Shown here in pieces: positions 1 to 13,416 of a stretch of DNA of 64,000 bases (positions within the stretch are counted from its first letter, which is position 1; the number at the start of each line of letters is the position of its first letter). The DNA is from the human T2T-CHM13v2.0 reference genome, Homo sapiens. The notes under the pieces were generated by a model. The model saw nothing but the letters and a program-made list of their open reading frames with translations. It was not told the origin of the DNA and ran no database searches. The stretch lies in NCBI RefSeq assembly GCF_009914755.1, contig NC_060936.1; one strand, written 5' to 3'. The position numbers were made by a program, and so were the translations under genes.

Positions 1-294
1 CAGGCTGATCAGTGGAGTGATCACAGCTCACTGAAGCCTTGAACTCCTGGACTCAAGCAATCCTCTTATCTTTGCCTCCTAAGTATCTGGGACTGCAGGT
101 GTGCACCACCACTCCTGGCTAATCGTGTGTGTGTCTGTGTGTGTGTGTGTTGTTGTTGTTGTTGTTGTTGTTGTTGCTGAGACAGGATCTCACTGTGTTG
201 CCCAAGCTGGTCTCAAACTCCTGGGCTCAAGTGATCCTCCCACCTTGGCCTCCTGAAGTGCTGGGATTACAGGTGTGAGCCACTGTACCCGACC
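1..294 (-). mobile_element. AluJ-type SINE with (TG)n(TTG)n microsatellite in central linker
   Basis: Antisense Alu arms; repeat at ~125-176. Confidence 0.88.
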
Positions 295-469
295 TCTAAT
301 TATTATTTGTAATTCTTCTCCTCACAGCTCAATGATATCTTTAGTAGACTCTGCCTACTCATTTCCCTCTTAGAGATTCATGACCCACATTAGCATACTA
401 AAGGCTCTGAAAAGTCCTGCATCCACAAAAATGTGTTCAATATGTTTTTGCTGGAGGGAAGAGCTGCCA

Positions 470-930
470 TTTGTCGAGCCCATACCATGTCCCTGGCACT
501 ATGCTGAGTGCCCTAGGAGGTGGATGCTATCATTATACCTGTTTCGCAGATGAGGGAACCAAGGCTGAAAGAGGCAAATCACTTATCCCAAGATTCCCAG
601 ATAGAAAGCTGCAGAGCCAGGATTAGAATACTTTCCCTTAATTGCCATGTGACGCCTCCTTCTGAAGCCACAAAGCAATTATTGGAGGCAATCTAGTGGC
701 TGAGAGCACAGACTCTGGTTCAGGTCCCAGCTCTGCCACTTGCTAGCTGGAGTAGAACAAGTCACTTACCTGTACCATGGGGTTACAGAGCCATTGGAAC
801 AAATCAGTCATATACAGAGTGATCAGAGCAGTGTCTAACAGCGCCTGGGGGAAATGGAGATTCAGAGAGGTGAAGTGATTTGGCCACAGTCACACAGGAA
901 GTGGCAGGCGCAGGGTTTGGACCCAGGCCT
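470..930. mobile_element. Cluster of MIR fragments (both strands)
   Basis: MIR core motifs cagatgagggaaccaaggct, ccagctctgccacttgctagct, cagagaggtgaagtgatttggcc. Confidence 0.7.
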
Positions 931-1034
931 GGGTGACCCCAGAACCTCATGGGATCCTGTGACCTGTTGACCCTGAGCTCACTTCCTGATTCTGGTCCCC
1001 GTTTGTCCCTGTATCTCAGGCTTCCTTCCAGCTC

Positions 1035-2066
<1,032 letters not shown>

Positions 2067-2449
2067 GTAGTCAAGGCCTGCAGTGGGTGCCATGATGAAG
2101 ACGCCATTTTCCTAGTCTAGGGGTGTCTCCAATCAGTCCTCACGGGGGCAGGGGATATTTCTTCTGGGCCCTCAGCCTGGATCTTCTGCTCATATCCCAT
2201 AGCCAGCCTGGGTGGGCAAGCTGGCTGCCCCTTCACTGCCACCCTTAACTGCCGCTGAAGTCAGTGCCACTCACAAACCCATAGGTTACCAGAATGTTCC
2301 CCTGGCTTACTCACTACCTTCCTTCAAGTGAACTGGGCCACATTAAAGCCATCGTGTGAGATATTTATTTATTCAGCAAAAGAGAATAAAACAACAACAA
2401 CAATGAGAGCAACAGGGTTCGAATCCATTTCAGCCTAACTGATATTTTA

Positions 2450-2682
2450 CACAATTGGATACGTTTGACTAAACTAATACATATGTATGATACTGGTGCA
2501 TTTCCATTCAAACCAATGTAAATTACCTTTGACCAATATATTTTTCTGAAAATCAATGCATTTTAACAGGAGATAATATTTATGAAATTGAATTTTTTAT
2601 TGAAGCTAATGCAATTCTATTCTATTTTATGCATTTTTATTAAACTAATGCATTTTAAATTAATCCATTGTATATTAAGTAC
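2450..2682 (+). repeat. Degenerate ~20-bp tandem array (AAACYAATGCATTTT-like)
   Basis: Motif recurs at 2471, 2490, 2510, 2530, 2550, 2603, 2623, 2642, 2662. Confidence 0.6.
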
Positions 2683-3104
2683 AACAGACATTGGTACTTA
2701 CAGTAAAATAATATATGCCCACTGAAATCAATACAGTTTCAAAACCCAGTGTTTTCCATTTAACTGAAGGGCTTCAAGAATACACAGCCATGAGTTCAGG
2801 CCATGTAAATGTAAAATCCTGTCTTTCCTTTTTCTATTTTTCAAAATCATTCTCACATAAAAGATATTGTGCCTCAATGTATTGAGGATTTAGAATTTAG
2901 AATGTATTGCAGCCCGAGGATTTAGAATTAATTCACGGTTGTAACAGCCAACCCAATCACATCCGAGCTTACCGACTTTTTGACCAAGTGGACAGGTGAT
3001 TCTTAATCACAAGGTGTAACACAAGTCACTTGTAGCTACTAATGAAATACCAAAGTTTGCAAATAACTTTGGGGAAACAAACAAACAAACAAAAGCTAAT
3101 GAAT

Positions 3105-3758
3105 CAGTCAGTGTCTTGGTAGGAAAAGGCAAAACCCTCCAACTGGCATTTACAGAGGAGTTTAATAAAAAGACATTTATGCATTAATTTTAGAGACAGT
3201 GTCTCTCTGTGTTGCCTAGGCTAGAGTGTGGTGGCGGGATGATAGCTCACTGCAGCCTCGAAATCCTGGGCTCAAGTGATCCCCCCATCTCAGCCTCCTG
3301 AGTACCTGGGAACTACAGGTGCATGCAACCAAGCCCAGCTAATTTTTTTTAAAAATGTTTGTAGAGACAGGGTCTTGCTTTGTTGCTCAGGCTGGAAGAC
3401 TGTTTATGAAGGTGAAGGCAGATTTGGAAACAGCAATTGTGCTAGGAGCCACAGGGAGCTGTTTCCATGTGGGCATCACTGAGATAGAGAGCAAGCAGCT
3501 GGCAGAGAGAGAGAAGCCATGGCCATCGGTAGAGAAGCTCAGCCTCCCTTGGCAGTCCCCCAGGGAGGGAGCCAGAAGAATACATACCTGACCTCCCTCT
3601 CCTTCCTGCATCTGATCTCCTGTCAATATCTTCCATTGGCCAAATCCAGCAGAAACCAGAGCCGAGGGAGGCCGTTGCAGTCCTGGGGCAGCACAGAGCA
3701 AGCTGGAGAGAGGTGGAGAAGAGTGGATCTGGACAGGCAAAGTGAAGATATCAGTGCA
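3105..3758. mobile_element. LTR33-like ERVL LTR interrupted by a partial AluJ (~3188-3395)
   Basis: ccattggccaaatccagcagaaaccagag ... gagtggatctggacaggcaaagtgaagatatc resembles LTR33. Confidence 0.65.
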
Positions 3759-3938
3759 CTTATTATAGCAAGTGCTTATTACAGGCTAATAAGCTTTCTC
3801 AATTAATTCTCACAACACCTTATCAGGAAGGTGCTATGATTACTCCCATTTCCAGGATGGGGAAATTGAGGCTCAGAGAGATTAAATGGACAGAGATCCA
3901 ACTTTGTGAAGGAAGGGGACAATCTCTGAGGAAGATCA

Positions 3939-4262
<324 letters not shown>

Positions 4263-4299
4263 TAATAAAAGAAGACAAGATTCTCTTTAGACCCATCAT

Positions 4300-4587
4300 A
4301 CCTCTTCCCTTCTGCATGGGACTCAGATATGAGGACCTGATGTCTGGGGCTGTGGCAGCCACCTTGTGACCATGAGGGGAGACATCACCAGCACACTGAG
4401 TCTAGCAGAACAGAAAGAGCAGAGGAGTCTGGGTCCTTGTTGCCTTGGTTGAGTCCCTAAACCAAGCCCAGAACTCCCTACCTTCAGGCTTCCTGCTAAT
4501 TAACAATAAATGCCCTTTTAAGTCTTTTAAGGAGGCATTAGTTGAGTTTACTGTTACTTGTAGCTAGAAGCATTCCTAACTGAAACA
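4300..4587 (+). mobile_element. MLT1-type MaLR LTR fragment
   Basis: ggcagccaccttgtgaccatgag ... ctgttacttgtagctagaagcattcctaactgaaaca. Confidence 0.7.
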
Positions 4588-5565
4588 CCATCACCTATAC
4601 ATTGCTTGCATTTTTAATAATGCATATGTATTACCTTTGCAAAAGACACAAAAGCAAACAATAAACAGCTGTTAACCACATCCCTCATCCGACTTCACCA
4701 AACTGGTGGTAGGATTTTTTTCCTTCAGGACAATACCCAGGTGCACATGATGTTTTAAAGTTGAATTCACAGAACTATTTTATTACATTTTTATACAAGG
4801 TTTTTCATTATGCACATTCAGACAGCAGAACCACTCAAGCGTATGCATCTCGGCTCCTCTGTCACTGAGGACCCCATCCACAGCTCTCCCAGAGCACAAC
4901 ACTGCTATCATTGCATTTCCCGTGGGGTTCCCTTAAAAGCCTTCCCTCTCCCACATCCACCAGCTCTGAGTCAGTTCAGGGAAACTGCCAGGGTTCCCAG
5001 GGACCCGTGGGGAGCTCATGGCATTTTCCCAGAATTCTCCATGGATGTTAGCATCTTTCTTCTACGAGAGGAAAATTTTGCTCTAAATTTCCATCTTGCT
5101 CCTGTCTCTGAATATGGACTTGTAAAATTCTATACCTCAAGGGGTTTGGGAAATTTACTCCTCCCTCAGTGGTTTTCAATGGTGAGATTTCTGTGGAGCT
5201 TCAGTTTTGTCATCTGGAAAATGGGGGTGCCGCTAGGATCTACCTCATAGGATTGATGCGAGAGGGAAAGAGTGAAAACATGTGGAGTGACCAGCACGGG
5301 GAACAGGCTCAGTGACTTCAGGCTCTTGTGAATAGCAAAACTAATACCATTATTATCACTTGGAGAGTCAATAACAGCTTGTAATGTGCCCATCCACATC
5401 ACGACCAGCTTCCTCAGTGGCGTCTGCTCTTATGAAAAAATTTAGGTCATCACAATGTCTCAACTTGGCATGAGTATCTGTTTTACGAGCTCATCCATGG
5501 AACTGGTTAGCCAGTAGGAGTCAGTGGGGAGCTAAGAGCTTGGACATTAAATCCAGAGAAACCTG

Positions 5566-5908
5566 GGCTGGGCGCAGTGGCTCATGCCTATAATCCCAGC
5601 ACTTTGGGAGGTTGAAGCGGGCGGATCACTTGAGGTCAGGAGTTAGAGACCAGCCTGGCCAACATGGTGAAACCCCGTCTCTACTAAAAATACAAAAATT
5701 AGTTGGGCGTGGTGGCAGCCACCTGTAATCCCAGCTACTCACTTGAGAGGCTGAGGCAGGAGAATTACTTGAACCCGGGAAAAGGAGGTTGCAGTGAGCT
5801 GAGATCATCCCACTGTACTCCAGCCTGGGCAAGAGAGTAAGACTCTGTCTCAAAAAAAAAAAAAAAAAAAAAAGAAAAAGAAAAAAGAAAAGAAAAGAAA
5901 AGAAAAAA
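5566..5908 (+). mobile_element. AluS inserted in a MIR (~5530-6100)
   Basis: Full Alu with A/AAAAG tail; flanks AAATCCAGAGA. Confidence 0.93.
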
Positions 5909-6256
5909 TCCAGAGAGATCTGAGCTCAAATCTCAGCTTCACCCAGCCATGTGATCTTGGGCAAATCACTTTGACTCTCTGAGCCTCAGGTTCCTCATTT
6001 GGGAAACGGGACTAGTCATGGGTGCCTCATGGGCTGGCTTGGGGATTAAATGAGGTTTGACACAGAAAGCCCTGAACACAGGGCACTTAAGAGCATCTGC
6101 CATCTCTCTTTATAGCTGCCATTTTTTTTTCTCTTGCCATGGAGGGAAATAAGTAGGAAAAAAATGAATCCAGAGTCCTGTAGTCTACGTGCTGTTCTGT
6201 CTCTGGAGACAGATGGAGAGAGGAAGAAAGTGCAAGGAGGTTATTGGTTGAGTTAG

Positions 6257-6623
<367 letters not shown>

Positions 6624-6754
6624 TGACATTTCAATACTACCTCTAGATTCCAAGCTCTTTGTGCACTGAGACTCAGCGAATGAACCTTGGCATTCTGCAT
6701 GTGTCTAGCACTTAGCAGGTTCACAATAAATGCCTGTTGCTCTAAATGGAACCC

Positions 6755-7131
6755 TACATTCGTCAGCTGGGGCTGCCATAACAAAATACCATAGACAGGG
6801 GGCTTAAACCACAGACATTTATTTCCTCATAGTTCTAGAAGCTGGAAATCCAAAAGCATAGTCAGGTTCTGGGGAGGGCTCTCTTTCTGGCTTGCAGATG
6901 GCTTCCTTCTTGCTATGTCCTCACATGGCAGAGAGGGGAGAGAGAGAGAGCGCACACACAGGCTCTCTGGTGTCTCTTCTTATAAAAGCCCTAATCCCAT
7001 CATTAGAGCCCTGCTTTCATGACCTCATCTAAATCTAATTATCTTCCAAAGGCCCCATCTCTAAATACTATCACCTCAAGGTTAGGGCTTCAACATGTGG
7101 ATTTCAGAAGGATACACTTCAGTCTGTAGCA
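6755..7131 (-). mobile_element. MLT1A-like MaLR LTR
   Basis: ggctgccataacaaaataccataga ... gttagggcttcaacatgtggattt ... cagtctgtagca. Confidence 0.82.
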
Positions 7132-7519
7132 AGCCCCTAAAATGTCATGCTTCAGCTGCAAAGTAGACACAATCTTGAGCTAAGAAACATGTGTGACAAT
7201 CCTTGGATAAGGAGGATGGCAGGTGAAAGGGAGTCTACAGTGGGTGTCATAGGGAATCACAGACTCACCTGCCCTCTTCACTCTTGCTGGTGGCAGTGGA
7301 GAGTTCAGGAGCTGGAGTTCATTGCGTTGATCCACTGCTGTGAGACCTTGGGCAGGTGTCTTACCCTCTCTGGGCCTAAGTTCCTCTATCAGTAAAATTA
7401 AAGCCAGAGGAGACAAGCACTGCCTTTGCCTGCATACCATTTTTCTTTCTTGTAAATGTGTCTTCTTCATTTCTCTTTGGCTGGCGTACTCTCGTTACTC
7501 ATTAGCACCCTGCCACAGC

Positions 7520-7940
7520 TATAGAATTGGGCATGTGATCTGGGCCCCATCTTGCAGAGTCCTGGCGATTGGTTCAGGCATAGGCATATGATCCACTCTG
7601 GACTAATGAAAAGCTTCCCCAGGATTTCTGAGGGAACTTTTGGGAAGGGGCACTCTCCTTTCCTTAGGGATGTTAGGCTGGGAGGATGGAAGTCTGGGCT
7701 CTGGTAGCCAACTTTGCCCCTCTGAGAGGAGACGCCTGTCTAGAATGAAGACAACACAGAAGAAATTGGAGCCCAGAGAAAGAGAATATTTAAGTCAAAA
7801 ATTCAACTGCAGAGGCTCTTGATCCAGCTATGACTGAAGCCCATCCATACCATTCAACTTTCCAGGTAAAGCCAATACATTATTTTAGGCCTAAGCCAAT
7901 TTGAGTTGTGTTTCTGTCACAGAAGCCTGTGACTTACACA
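7520..7940 (+). mobile_element. MLT1 (K/J-like) MaLR LTR
   Basis: gattggttcaggcataggcatatg ... gatccagctatgactgaagc ... taagccaatttgagttgtgtttctgtcac. Confidence 0.7.
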
Positions 7941-8299
7941 AATGCATTGGGTGGAGCTAGCTCAGGGTTTTGCATCTGTGCCTGTGGTATGTGATTTTCT
8001 CAGGTTTGGGATGGTCTCCGTCCCATATTTTCTCACAATGAAGAGAATTACAACTTTTCTGAATCTTACTTCCCCCCTGAGACGTAGCCGAGCAGCTAGT
8101 GTCATCTTGTATAGTTCACACTGTTGGTTGCCTTTCCAGCATTCTTGCCCCTCTTCCGCCCCCCATTTTGTTCAAGTTCCCAGCCCCCTCCCCACCAAGT
8201 CACTTGCCTTAGGGGAAGGCGAGCCCACTGGGTTGCAGAAGAATCCCATTCCTCCTCTCAGGCACTGATTCAGGAATGGGTGTGTGACCCAGCTCTGGC

Positions 8300-8668
8300 T
8301 GTGTTATTCTGTTCTCACGCTTCTAATAAAGACATACCTGAGACTGTATAATTATAAAGGAAGGAGGTTTAATTGACTCACAGTTCCACATAGCTGAGGA
8401 GGCCTCACAATCATGGCAGAAGGCAAGGAGGAGCAAGTCACATCTTACATGGTGACAGGTAGGAGAAGAATGAGAGCCAAGTGAAAGGGGGAACCCCTCA
8501 TAAAACCATCAGATCTTGTGCAACTTAATCACTACCAGGAGAAGAGTATGGGGGAAACCACCCCCACGATTTAATTAGCTCCCACTGGGTCCCTCCCACA
8601 ACATGTGGGAATTATGGGAGCTACAATTCAAGATGAGATTTGGGTGAGGACCCAGCCAAACCATATCA
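8300..8668 (-). mobile_element. THE1 (B/C-like) solo LTR inserted in an older MaLR/ERVL LTR (~8200-9020)
   Basis: TG...CA ends, ccaaaccatatca terminus; 5-bp TSD CTGGC at 8295-8299 and 8669-8673. Confidence 0.92.
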
Positions 8669-8752
8669 CTGGCCAAAGGGATATGAGGAAAAATTTGCTG
8701 GGTGTGGTTTCTAGAAGCCTCCCAAGATCTATGAGAAAACCTCTGTGAACTT

Positions 8753-8796
8753 TGTCCCAGTGGAACCATTGCCATGTCCCAGTGGAACCATTGCCA
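8753..8796 (+). repeat. Perfect 22-bp tandem duplication
   Basis: TGTCCCAGTGGAACCATTGCCA x2. Confidence 0.95.
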
Positions 8797-9189
8797 CCAT
8801 CTTGCTTTGTCCTGAGGAAGAAACCCTGAAGATGGCAAAACAAAGAGATGGAACGTGCCTGCAACTGGGGTGACATGGTTGAACCACAAAGTCACCCACC
8901 TTGAGATCTGCTCCACTTGCAGGATCCCCGTTATGTGAGATCATAGTTGTCCCTCTCACTTAAACCAATTTTGAGTCTAGATTTCTGTTACTTACAATCA
9001 AAACTGTCTTGAGCAATATGCTCTCATTTTATAGATGAAATAAATAATTTCAGAGAAGGAAAGTAGCTTTCTCCAATATCTTGTCAAGATTATTTGGTTG
9101 CAAGTAACAGAAACCTGACTCAAACAGCTTGAGAAATAAAAAAGGAATTTAGGGCAGAAGTAAATTCAGAGTACAGAAGTAGACAAATG

Positions 9190-9600
9190 GCCCTCCACTG
9201 GTACATGGTGAATATACTGTAGCACATTCATACACTGGGCTATTATTATCCAGTAATGAAAAAGAATAAACTACCGAATGTCAACAACATGAACCTCAAA
9301 TGCATTTTGCTAAGAGGAAGAAGCCAGACTCAAAAGGCTGCGTAGTGCATGATTTCATTTATATGACAATCTGGAAAAGACAGAACTTTACAAACAGGAA
9401 ACAGATCAGTGGTTGCCAGGGGCTGCAGGGTGGTGGGGAGTAGGAGAGCAGATTACAAAGAACCAAGGAATGTGAGGTCAGGGGATAGAACTGTTCTGTA
9501 TCTGGATTGTGGTGCTGGTTACACAACTGTATGTGTTTGTCCAAATGCACAGTAAAAAGGGAGAATTTTACTGTATGTGTATGTTATACTTTAAAAAATA
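9190..9600 (+). mobile_element. L1M (MB/MC/ME-type) 3' end
   Basis: gctaagaggaagaagccagactcaaaaggct ... acagatcagtggttgccagggg. Confidence 0.8.
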
Positions 9601-9606
9601 AAAATA

Positions 9607-9937
<331 letters not shown>

Positions 9938-9939
9938 GT

Positions 9940-10830
9940 CCTGGGGTAGAAGGGGAAGTATTGCTTAAAGAGTACAGAGTTTCTGTTTGGGGTGATAAAA
10001 AATTTTAGAAATAGTGATTTTTGTTGCACAACCTTGCGAATGCCATTAATGCGTTGAACATTTAAATGTATTATACAACTCTCTCTTATGTAGAAGGGTC
10101 TTATTCTGGATATTAAAAGAAACTATAAATCTGGAAAGTGAGAAAATGGAGGAAGTCTCAAGTTATAAGCTCACTTCTAAGCAAAGTTGGATTTTTTTTT
10201 TTACAAGACCCTAAGATTTTATGGAATAACCAAGAACAACACAACCAACAACACCTCATGAGAAGCTGAGGATGATGCAACATGAGACTCTTCTTGAAGA
10301 TGTGTCCTCATCACAGTAGACCCAGTCTAACTTTTCCCTTTCTGAATATTATGACATTTCAAAATAGTGATCGATTCTCTAAAGGCTAAGAGCATTTCTG
10401 AGTAGCATAGTAGCCACACTCCCAATCTCCTTCACACTCACATTTTAGAATCGAATGCCCACATGACATCAGATATTTGCATCAAAGGAATCAGAGTGGG
10501 ATGTGGGAAGGTGGGCAGGGACCAGATCAAAGGAGACAGCCAGGAGATGACAGCACTGGGGTTTGTTCTGTTAGCTCCACGTGGCTGGGGGAGCCTCACA
10601 GTCATGGTGGAAGGCAAGGAAGAGCAAGTCACGTCTTACACGGATGGCAGCAGGCAAAGAGACAGCAATTTTAAAGACTTTAATACAAGGGAGAGGACAC
10701 TATGGGCAAGCAGTGAGAGGGCTGGCTGGGCAAGATGGTAAGGATTCACAAAGGAGGTAGAGCTGTACATTTAAAAATGGTTGAAATGCGAATTTTATGT
10801 TATAGATAATTTACCATGATTTTAAAAGGA
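9940..10830 (+). mobile_element. L1MB-type 3' end split by a ~700-bp insertion (10060-10762)
   Basis: gagtacagagtttctgtttggggtgat...gttgcacaaccttgcgaatg stops ~10059 and resumes ctgtacatttaaaaatggttgaaatgcgaattttatgttat at ~10763. Confidence 0.7.
10575..10666 (-). mobile_element. Isolated internal THE1 LTR fragment
   Basis: ctccacgtggctgggggagcctcacagtcatggtggaaggcaaggaagagcaagtcacgtcttac, homologous to ~8384-8450; no LTR termini. Confidence 0.8.
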
Positions 10831-10906
10831 AAGGAGGAGGAAGGAAAAGAAAAGAGAGAGGAAGAAAGGAAGGAAGGAAGGAAGGAAGGAAGGAAGGAAG
10901 GAAGGA
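10826..10906 (+). repeat. (GGAA)n purine-rich simple repeat
   Basis: Read directly from sequence. Confidence 0.9.
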
Positions 10907-10909
10907 GAT

Positions 10910-11310
10910 TTTTGGATTTCAGGCATGGCTGGATCCAGGATTCTCTCCATCTCTCAGGCTCCTTATTCCCCCACCTTGGCTTTATTCTCAGCAGGCTCTC
11001 TCCAAATGGGGACAAAGTTGGTATTTGGCAGTTTCAGGTACCATTTTAGGTATCAACCAGCCACTTTACAAGAGGAAAGTGCCTCCATGCCAGTAGCTCC
11101 TGAAAGTCCAGGGTTGTGTCTCATAGGCTTGCCTTGGGGCATGAGCTCCCCCCAACAACCAATTGCTGGGGCAAATGGGTTTGAATGACCTGATTGGCCA
11201 AACCTGGGTCACATGCCCACTCCTAGGGACATTGGAGGAGCCCCATCCAAACCCCAAGAACAGAGAGCAGGGAGAGACAGACCTCAGAGAAAACCAAGGC
11301 ACTTGTGCCA
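10910..11310 (-). mobile_element. MLT1K-like LTR (probable continuation of 9080-9190)
   Basis: ttcaggcatggctggatccagg ... tgattggccaaacctgggtcacatgcccac. Confidence 0.7.
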
Positions 11311-12004
11311 GCCGCCCCTATACCCAAGTTACATGTTGAATGGCCCAGCCCCAATTCTCTGCCCGACATTTCTGCAGGCTGTGCATTCTGTCCTTGCATT
11401 CTCTCCAGCAAAGCCCACGTAGGTACAACATACACTCATCATTCCGTCCCTGGGTTTGCATAAAAACCCACGTCCACGAAGTAGCAACTGCAATGTTTTT
11501 CAATCACACAGCAAAGATATTTAAAAATATCACCCATATGTGTTTTAAATACAGGCAAATAGCTGGCAAGGCAGCCGGCTTCACACCCGCGTGCCATTCT
11601 GAGTTATAATCTTCTCGCTTCCAACTCTCAAAATCACACGTTGAAGGCCAGATGAGCCCAGAACGCAAAGGCTGTGCATCTCCCCGGAATCTTCCCGACC
11701 TGCGCAGTCCAGCTTTCTTTCCTGGTGGAGGAGATGTGAAGGATCCTGGAAAGAAATTGGAGGGCCCTGGGCTTGAGCTGAAATCATTTGCTCTCCACTG
11801 AGAATACAGAAATGGAACCAGGAATTTGTTAATGACTTTCACTCCAACCTCCTTCCTGAAACCCTCCTTTTCATCCAGCCCAGCCAGCTCTCTCACTGTC
11901 CCCTTCCTGCCTGCCTCTAGTGTCCCCTCTCTCATGTTAAAGTCTTTAAGATCCAACATCTCAGCTAGGTTGCTAGCTGATTTATAGTTTCCTTTAATAT
12001 CCAA

Positions 12005-12506
12005 AATAATGTCCTTTTACTATAAGAGATAATTCCAACTCAAACAGGCTAAAAATAGAATAGATTATCTTAATCTTACACAAGAAGTGCAGACGTAGGC
12101 GAACTCAGGTTTGGGTGATCAGTGGCTATGTGATATCAACTCTCTCTGTGTGGCCTTTAACCTTGGCCTGCTTCCCCTAATGGCCCCAAAGTGGCTGCCC
12201 CAGCACCAGGTATCAACACCTGGACACAGAAGCATCCACAGTAAACCTTCGCTAGAAGCACCTCTGCAGACCTTCCCTCACATCTCATTGGCTAAAACAG
12301 TCACATGTCCAGGCCTAGACCAATCACCAACAAGGGTAATGCAGGCATCGTAATTGGTTTAGACTTTAGATTAATCAAGATTTAGCTCTGAAATTGGGGA
12401 GAGTCATCCTCAGCTTCCTCTGAGTCAGGATTTTGGGCAGATGGACATGCCCACAAAATTGAGAATGTGCCAGCAAGGAATATGGGGAGCATGGTTGTGA
12501 GGTTAA
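12005..12506 (-). mobile_element. MLT1-type MaLR LTR
   Basis: ccaactcaaacaggct ... catctcattggctaaaacagtcacatgtcc ... ccaatcacc. Confidence 0.65.
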
Positions 12507-13350
12507 TGTAACAGGCCCCATCAGTACCCCACCCCTGTTTGCTTATCATCTCATTTCAGGACAAGCCTTCTGACTGCCAACTGCTAGCACCTACATGTCA
12601 CTGGCAGAAGGGTTTCCCTGGCTGCGGTAGCTCACCTTGCCCACCCACACAGGAATCTGGAAGAGCCAGGGAAGGTATGCCCCTTGGTGGTACCCCTTGG
12701 CAATGACTGATGGCTGTTGGTGTGTAAATACCCCAGCTCCCTCACTCCTCAGACAGGATAAGGCTGAGGGCGTGTGTTACTTTGTCTACAGCATTTCCTG
12801 GTGGATTAAACCATAGGCAACCAAGTTGATAAGTCATTTTTTAATGGGCTTCCTTCCCTTCCCTGTCTCACTTCCCCATTGCTCTGTGTCTCTGCCCTAC
12901 AGTCATGCACCATATAACAACATTTCAGTCAATGTTGTACCACATATACCACAGTTGTCCCATGATGTTATAATGGAAATGAAAAATTCCTATCACTCAG
13001 TGACATGATAGCCATCATCACATTGTAGCCCAATGCATTACCTTTTCTATGTGTAGATATATTTCGATGCACAGATTCTTACTACTGTATTGCAGTTGGC
13101 TATGGTATTCCATACAGCACTATTCTGTGCAGGTTTGTAGCCTAGGAGCAATAGGCTAAACCGTATGGCCTAGATGTGTATAGGCTAGACCATCTGGGTT
13201 TGTGTAAGGACACTCCATGATGTCCGTGCTATGTCATTACCTAACCACGCATTTCTCAGAATGTATCCCCATTGTTTAGTGACACATGACTGTACTTGCA
13301 TTTGAGTGCTAATCTTGGGGTCTACTACTGGGGGTACTCAAAATCAAGCA
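12507..13350 (+). mobile_element. LTR16-like ERVL LTR interrupted by Tigger3
   Basis: caatgactgatggc...taaataccccagctccctcac ... ttccttcccttccctgtctcacttcccc. Confidence 0.7.
12900..13292 (+). mobile_element. Tigger3/MER7-family non-autonomous DNA transposon
   Basis: TIRs CAGTCATG...CATGACTG, TA target duplications on both sides, aggtttgtagcctaggagcaataggcta motif. Confidence 0.88.
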
Positions 13351-13416
13351 GTTGGATAGGACTGCCTGCTGCAGAATGAAGATGGAAGAAGAAGAGGGGG
13401 AATAAGAAGAAAGAGG

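Noticed and set aside
2410-2430. tRNA gene suggested by GGTTCGAATCC
   Set aside because: No A-box or cloverleaf stems visible around it.
11504-12004. 166-aa minus-strand ORF
   Set aside because: TTG start at an LTR boundary, no recognisable homology, and the inverted copy at 10082-10762 does not preserve the frame.
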